Shown: positions 38,267-43,226 of the stretch, piece by piece | Layout: each line of letters opens with the position of its first letter | Numbering within the stretch: position 1 is the stretch's first letter | Origin: Nemertoderma westbladi | Taxonomy: Eukaryota > Animalia > Xenacoelomorpha | DNA: 43,226 nucleotides | Direction: 5' to 3' | NCBI GenBank assembly: GCA_032718475.1 | Contig: JAUCBJ010005362.1 | Coordinates: 1-43,226 of the forward strand | Notes under the pieces: model-generated | Databases searched by the model: none | What the model saw: only the letters and a program-made list of their open reading frames with translations | Told to the model about the DNA's origin: nothing | Position numbers and translations under genes: made by a program

Positions 38267-38835
38267 ATTTGTAGGCTGAGCTGTTGTCTGATTGCTGTTA
38301 AGTCTGAACGGATTGCAGTGTGTGTAGATCATCTGTCCGATTAAGTACGGTTAGGAAGTAGGGGCAGCGAATGCTGTAAGGTAAACCCCCAACTAAAGAA
38401 TAAGTCGCACTACTGGGTTAGAGCGCATACTCCCTAATCATTTCGGAGTCTGCATGTCCTGTAGTTTATTTAGGCTTGAGAGTAGTCTGCCATCGTTTAG
38501 TCTGTACTTTGTTTGTGTAAGTCTGTACGGGTAGCGTATAATTTATTTAGATAATTTGTAGGCTGGATAGTTGTCTGGCTGTTATTAGGTCTGAACGGAT
38601 TGCAGCGTGTGTAGATCATCTGTCCGATTAAGTACGGTTAGGAAGTAGGGGCAGCGAATGCTGTAAGGTAAACCCCCAACTAAAGAATAAGTCGCACTAC
38701 TGGGTTAGAGCGCATACTCCCTAATCATTTCGGAGTCTGCATATACCGTAGTTTGTTTAGGCTTGATGGTAGTCTGTCAGTGTTCGGTCTGCATTTTGTT
38801 TGAGTAGTTTGTACGCGTAGCGTAATATTTATTAT
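38267..38835 (+). repeat. 287-bp tandem duplication with a near-identical 154-nt core
   Basis: 38302-38455 and 38589-38742 differ at one base (38319 T / 38606 C), while the flanking parts of the unit are clearly diverged. Confidence 0.95.
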
Positions 38836-39764
38836 TCAGAGTTCATGCGATTATCCGCAACAATCATTCCCCAAGTTTGTTCCTACAGTAATTGTGTTTG
38901 TTATACATACCGCTATAGTTAAATTAACCCCGGTACTACACAGGCTGCTCGGCGTAGGTAAAGACTGGTGATTTTGTGCATCGGTCACTCCAGCAGATGC
39001 CGTGGTTCTTTTAGCTGTTCAAGTATATTTAACTACTGATTATCTGTTGTACAAGTACTCGTACCTAATTTAGGGTTTAGTGTACAGTACTTTCCGAAAT
39101 AATTAGTGTAGGCATTATATTTGTGTTGTAAAGTGGTTGATAGGCACGTTCGATTAGCTCTATTAACTTCTAGGTAGGAACACTCCGTGATACATAACGT
39201 AGAACCTATAGCGATACGGCTATAGGTCGTCAGGCGGTGGTATTTTCCTATCTGGACAACGCAGTGTATTTACTACTACTCATTATTTCAAATACCGTAG
39301 TACCCTGTCCGTTGTAATAACCAGTTTCTAACCCTTTGTTAGGCTGGTTAGTAGATTTCTTGTAAAATTACCCTAAAAATTCGTATTTTGTGTTTTTTGT
39401 AAATTTTTGTGTTTATTTAGAGATTGTAATCTCATCCGAATTGTACGTAATTTGTAGTATTAAGTAACTTAGGTAAATTAGAATTATTTGTTTTAGTGTC
39501 CTATAAGTAACACTTCACTGAAAGCGCACCGCTTTGTGTAGTGATTACTCCCCAGAAATAATAACATTTATTTCAAATATTGACAAAGCCCATTAAAACG
39601 GGTATATATATATTATAAATCAAATCTAACGATTTATAAATAGTAGGCCTACCATATAACCATTAGGTCTCAATATCAGTTGGACTACTGTTCAAATAAC
39701 GGTAATAAAGTAAGTAAGGTAACAAAGTAACCCTAAAGTTCAGAAATTCAATTATTTAAAATAA

Positions 39765-40055
39765 TTGATATACCGGTATTTACGATAGGCCTATTATCTT
39801 TATTTCTGTAAATTTAGGCTGAAATTATACCGGTACTTGTAATTAATTCTAGTCCAGAATTATATACACTACAAATTGTAAGCTGTATACCGGTATTCCC
39901 GATAGGCCTATTATATATTTATATATATTTGTGCTAAAATTATACCGGTATTCTGAGATAAACCTAGTCTGTAATAATACTTATATATACTATAAGCATA
40001 CCGGTATTCTAATATATTATATATCACGCTACACTGAGTAGCAGTACCGGTAATT
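39765..40055. repeat. Array of six TACCGGTA palindromes (~57-bp spacing, ~115-bp dimer)
   Basis: TACCGGTA at 39771, 39828, 39888, 39943, 39999 and 40045; TAGGCCTA at 39786 and 39903. Confidence 0.9.
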
Positions 40056-40140
40056 AATTACTAGGCTAGTAGTTAATACTGAGTTACTAGACTTACTCAG
40101 ACTGTAATACAGCAGTAGACATTCAACGGTATACATAGTC

Positions 40141-43100
40141 ATGTCTGATACTAAGCAGAACCTGTCAGACAGTTTATTAGATGTAACTATCTGCGACTCA
40201 GATAGAGACGTACAACCGTCTGGTCGTAAGTTCAGTTCACCTCCCACTGTGAGGAAGGTCATCCCTCCAGTAGTAATAACAGAACCTAGGCTAGTCCAAC
40301 ATCGTAGGTCTATCATAGGCACCCGAGCTCAGGTCAAGCGGGACCAAGAAGCAGCGGACCAGCAGCAGCCCGCTAGTCAGGAGCTTATTCCTCAGCGGCC
40401 CAACAGCTCCAGTAGTGAGGATACTGTAGAGCTGACACCCGAGCGCGGAGCAGAGATGACGGATGCGGTTTATACGGATCCCCTTCTCATCCTTCCTGCA
40501 GCCGTACTCACTAGGTTATTGATCGCGGTGGAAGAACACCAGATCGATTGGGCGAGAAGTCAACGGTCAACTAGAGATAGTTATGCGGGATACACGAGTG
40601 AAGAACTGAAGTCTATTGTCGAGTCGCAATGGAACTTCCCCGGACCCGGACTCCCGTTTGATTTATCAGAAGCTGCCTGGGAAGACATACACCGGATGGG
40701 AGTAGCCAAGGAAACCATCGATCCAGCTGTGTGGAAGAGGTCCGCAGCCGGATACGCACAGGGATTCTTCAGCTCTATAGAGCGATTAAAAGAACAACTG
40801 TTTCAACAACCTCAAGGACCTCAAGAGCAGGGATTGCTGCTTTATCAAGTTAGAGAAAGAATTCTACGAATCAGGCTAATCTTATCAGCCTTTGAGGAAG
40901 CTTCTAAACGAAGACAAGACACGTCGTTGCAAGTTGCCGTAAAGACTTGGTTTCAACGGGTGAGTCTCCAGGTTCAAGGAACAGCTCAGTGGAAAGCTCA
41001 GCTGGAGGAGCGATCAACCCATGGAGAATCAACAGACGCTACTTTTTCCCAAGTGGAAAGTGAAGCGACGGCAGAGAAACCGCATAAGAGGGATGCCATT
41101 GACATTTATCTGTCAGACTATCAACGTTTTTTAGGTGATGACGAGTTGAGGAGAAGGTTAGAGGGACTTAGCCCTAATAGTGAAGGAACCAAGCTTGTGT
41201 TGGATGCCATCGATGTGGAAATGAGGGCTGCGAATCAGGCTAAATTTGATGAACAACTACGCATCACACGAGACCAAGAAGAACAAGTAAAGAAAAAACG
41301 TATAGAAGATAGAAAGACAGCGGCAGTGGCAGCAGCAGTGGCAGAGGCAGAAGCGGAAAGAAAAGCGGCAGCAGCAGTGGCAGCGGCAGAAGCGGAAAGA
41401 AAAGCGGCAGTGGCAGTGGCAGTGGCAGAGGCCGAAGCGGAAAGGAAAGCGGCATCGGCAGTGGCAGTGGCAGAGGCCGAAGCGGAAAGAAAAGCGGCAT
41501 TGGCAACAGCAGAGGCAGTGGCAGAAGCCGAACGGAGAGCGACTGAAGAAACCACCCAATTAGAATTGGAAAACATTCAGGAGAATCAAGACTGCATAAA
41601 TAAACAGTTAACAGCTAGTAATATGCAGATGATGAATCGATCTACTCCCAAACGACAGGGATACACATCATCTGAGGAAGGCGATACCACCGATACTGAA
41701 GGCAAAGGAAATAGATCTCGTCTAAGTAGACGTAAAAGAACATTCCACCGTCAGAAATTGCCTGATTTGCCTCCAGCTGTTAGAAGGCAACTAAATAACA
41801 CCAACTTAGGTAGTACAGAGCCCACAGACCAAATAATTAAAATAGAAAGACTCCCTACTATAGTAGATGAGCCTGAAATAATTAGGCCTGTTCTTGAAAT
41901 CACCCCTTCGGTGATAGACATACCTGTGCTCCCTGAGACTACCTCCAAATTCCCTTTGCATAGCACTAAGCTACCTGTGCCCCGTAGAACTGCCCCGGAT
42001 ACAGTTCAGGTCCTGGACCCCGAGCGAATTATTCATAATTTGTCGCCCGTTGTCCCTCGTCCGCCCGCTACAACGTTGGCGACTCCCGCTTCGGCGGTCG
42101 AATGGGTGGACGAGAGACGGCGGGGGATGGATATCCTGCTCGGGCAGATGCAGGAGACTGTCCAGCAGTTCAAGGGCACAGTAAGGGAAAGTAGACTAGA
42201 GTTGCAAGAAGTGCAGCAAAGTATCGCGTTAGAACGCGATAAATTAGTAAATACTCAAAGAGGTATACCACCACCCTCTGTAACAATGTGTCAACCTGTT
42301 AGGTCTGAAGTATCTCATGCGCAAGGTGTGGAGCCTACACGCATATATACTGCTAGCGAAGTAGAAACTCCTATAGTGAACCCTATTAAGGGTAATTACA
42401 GACCTGTTGATAATGATATTCCCTATAGAACTGATGATAATCCGAGAAATTTATATACCGATAATTCGATATTAAATAACACGATGGCCCAAGAAAGTTT
42501 TACGCGTCAAATGGCTAGAACCGAAGCCCGGCAAGCGGTAAAGGTGGGAGAGATCGTCAAGTTCAATGGAGATGAGATGAAATGGTTACCTTTTAATGAA
42601 TATTACAAAGATAACATACAGAACTCTGTACTATCTAATGGAGAAAAACTTAGATACCTCATCGAGTGCTTGGAAGGATCTCCCAAGTTAATGGCGTTAA
42701 AGTTTATTGGACATCCAGACGGATTAAGACAAGTTTGGGATACACTAAACATCAGGTATGGTAATAGGAATAATATCGCTGGGTACTTGTATGCAAAGTT
42801 AGTAGCGCCCCGAAAGTTTATTAGTAGCGGAATTATCGAGTTTTCCGATGAGATCCAAGAGATCTGCAGACAATTAGATTGGCTAGGTAAGTCTCATGAG
42901 TATCAGAACACTATGGTTATTAGAGCAGTGGCTTCTACTTTACCGAAAGGTGGAGTAGGTACACGCTGGGATAAGAAAGTGTTATATATGATGGAACAAC
43001 AACGGCGAGACCCTACCATGGCTGATCTCATGTCATTCCTAGATGGAGAAGTGAAATTACAGCTCCTGAAACTGTCCAGAGAGAAGACACCGGAAAACAA

Positions 43101-43226
43101 GGTAAGTGAAAAACCCGTCTCTAGGAGAAAGGTAACACCAGTATGTTATACCGATGACGGCGAAAGCCAGACTTCTCAAGGAGAAGATAGCGGGAAGGAC
43201 ACGGATAGATCTTATTACCTGAATAA
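40141..43226 (+). CDS. gag: BEL/Pao Gag(-Pol), >=1028 aa, open at window end (not in ORF track)
   Basis: Read codon by codon with no stop from ATG 40141 (in-frame TAA upstream at 40105). KFNGDEMKWLPFNEYYKDNIQNSVLSNGEKLRYLIECLEGSPK...WDTLNIRYGN from ~42559 matches the DUF1759 Gag core. Confidence 0.92.
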   Translation, partial: MSDTKQNLSDSLLDVTICDSDRDVQPSGRKFSSPPTVRKVIPPVVITEPRLVQHRRSIIGTRAQVKRDQEAADQQQPASQELIPQRPNSSSSEDTVELTPERGAEMTDAVYTDPLLILPAAVLTRLLIAVEEHQIDWARSQRSTRDSYAGYTSEELKSIVESQWNFPGPGLPFDLSEAAWEDIHRMGVAKETIDPAVWKRSAAGYAQGFFSSIERLKEQLFQQPQGPQEQGLLLYQVRERILRIRLILSAFEEASKRRQDTSLQVAVKTWFQRVSLQVQGTAQWKAQLEERSTHGESTDATFSQVESEATAEKPHKRDAIDIYLSDYQRFLGDDELRRRLEGLSPNSEGTKLVLDAIDVEMRAANQAKFDEQLRITRDQEEQVKKKRIEDRKTAAVAAAVAEAEAERKAAAAVAAAEAERKAAVAVAVAEAEAERKAASAVAVAEAEAERKAALATAEAVAEAERRATEETTQLELENIQENQDCINKQLTASNMQMMNRSTPKRQGYTSSEEGDTTDTEGKGNRSRLSRRKRTFHRQKLPDLPPAVRRQLNNTNLGSTEPTDQIIKIERLPTIVDEPEIIRPVLEITPSVIDIPVLPETTSKFPLHSTKLPVPRRTAPDTVQVLDPERIIHNLSPVVPRPPATTLATPASAVEWVDERRRGMDILLGQMQETVQQFKGTVRESRLELQEVQQSIALERDKLVNTQRGIPPPSVTMCQPVRSEVSHAQGVEPTRIYTASEVETPIVNPIKGNYRPVDNDIPYRTDDNPRNLYTDNSILNNTMAQESFTRQMARTEARQAVKVGEIVKFNGDEMKWLPFNEYYKDNIQNSVLSNGEKLRYLIECLEGSPKLMALKFIGHPDGLRQVWDTLNIRYGNRNNIAGYLYAKLVAPRKFISSGIIEFSDEIQEICRQLDWLGKSHEYQNTMVIRAVASTLPKGGVGTRWDKKVLYMMEQQRRDPTMADLMSFLDGEVKLQLLKLSREKTPENKVSEKPVSRRKVTPVCYTDDGESQTSQGEDSGKDTDRSYYLN
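41311..41541 (+). repeat. Coding tandem repeat, ~5 x (RKAAVAVAVAEAEAE)
   Basis: 39-45-bp units encoding an Ala/Glu/Arg-rich helix within Gag. Confidence 0.9.

Larger units (their letters stand above)
36477..43226 (+). mobile_element. BEL/Pao LTR retrotransposon, 5' part (start approximate)
   Basis: Intact gag with a DUF1759-like domain, preceded by ~3.6 kb of non-coding DNA. Candidate LTR start TGTCGACA at 36477; CCAAT-like motifs at 36785-36882. PBS not found. Confidence 0.75.

Noticed and set aside
38361-38380. GCGAATG resembling the HDV ribozyme J4/2 strand
   Set aside because: I could not build P1/P3/L3 of the double pseudoknot; it folds as a simple hairpin.
38405-38455. tRNA-like TGGGTTAGAGCGCA in the duplicated core
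   Set aside because: No T-loop/B-box (GTTCRA) and no cloverleaf.
41235-41576. Three overlapping minus-strand ORFs (Ala/Ser, Cys/His and Pro/Leu rich)
   Set aside because: Antisense shadows of the Ala-rich repeat in the plus-strand gag.

Overview
AT-rich eukaryotic (probably invertebrate animal) DNA made almost entirely of nested transposable elements. No prokaryotic operon, CRISPR array, rRNA or tRNA is visible. Two BEL/Pao-type LTR retrotransposons face away from each other at the window edges. Their gag ORFs (1-531 minus, 40141-43226 plus) run off the window and are missing from the supplied ORF track. Each has a >3 kb non-coding front end carrying tandem arrays. The right-hand Gag has ~800 aa before its DUF1759-like core, and its leader contains a duplicated, near-invariant 154-nt core that folds into a nested RNA structure. 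Between them lie: two DD35D pogo/Fot-like transposons, each inserted in an L2/CR1 LINE; two RTE LINE copies, one with a 12-bp TSD; a 1.9-kb solo LTR with a 5-bp TSD; two Penelope-like fragments with minimal hammerhead ribozyme motifs; hAT-type relics; Harbinger-like, foldback and piggyBac-like non-autonomous elements; and one possible cadherin-like host exon. The two L2/CR1 3' ends share a 42-nt stem-loop with compensatory base changes. All calls come from manual reading and remembered family motifs; no searches were run.
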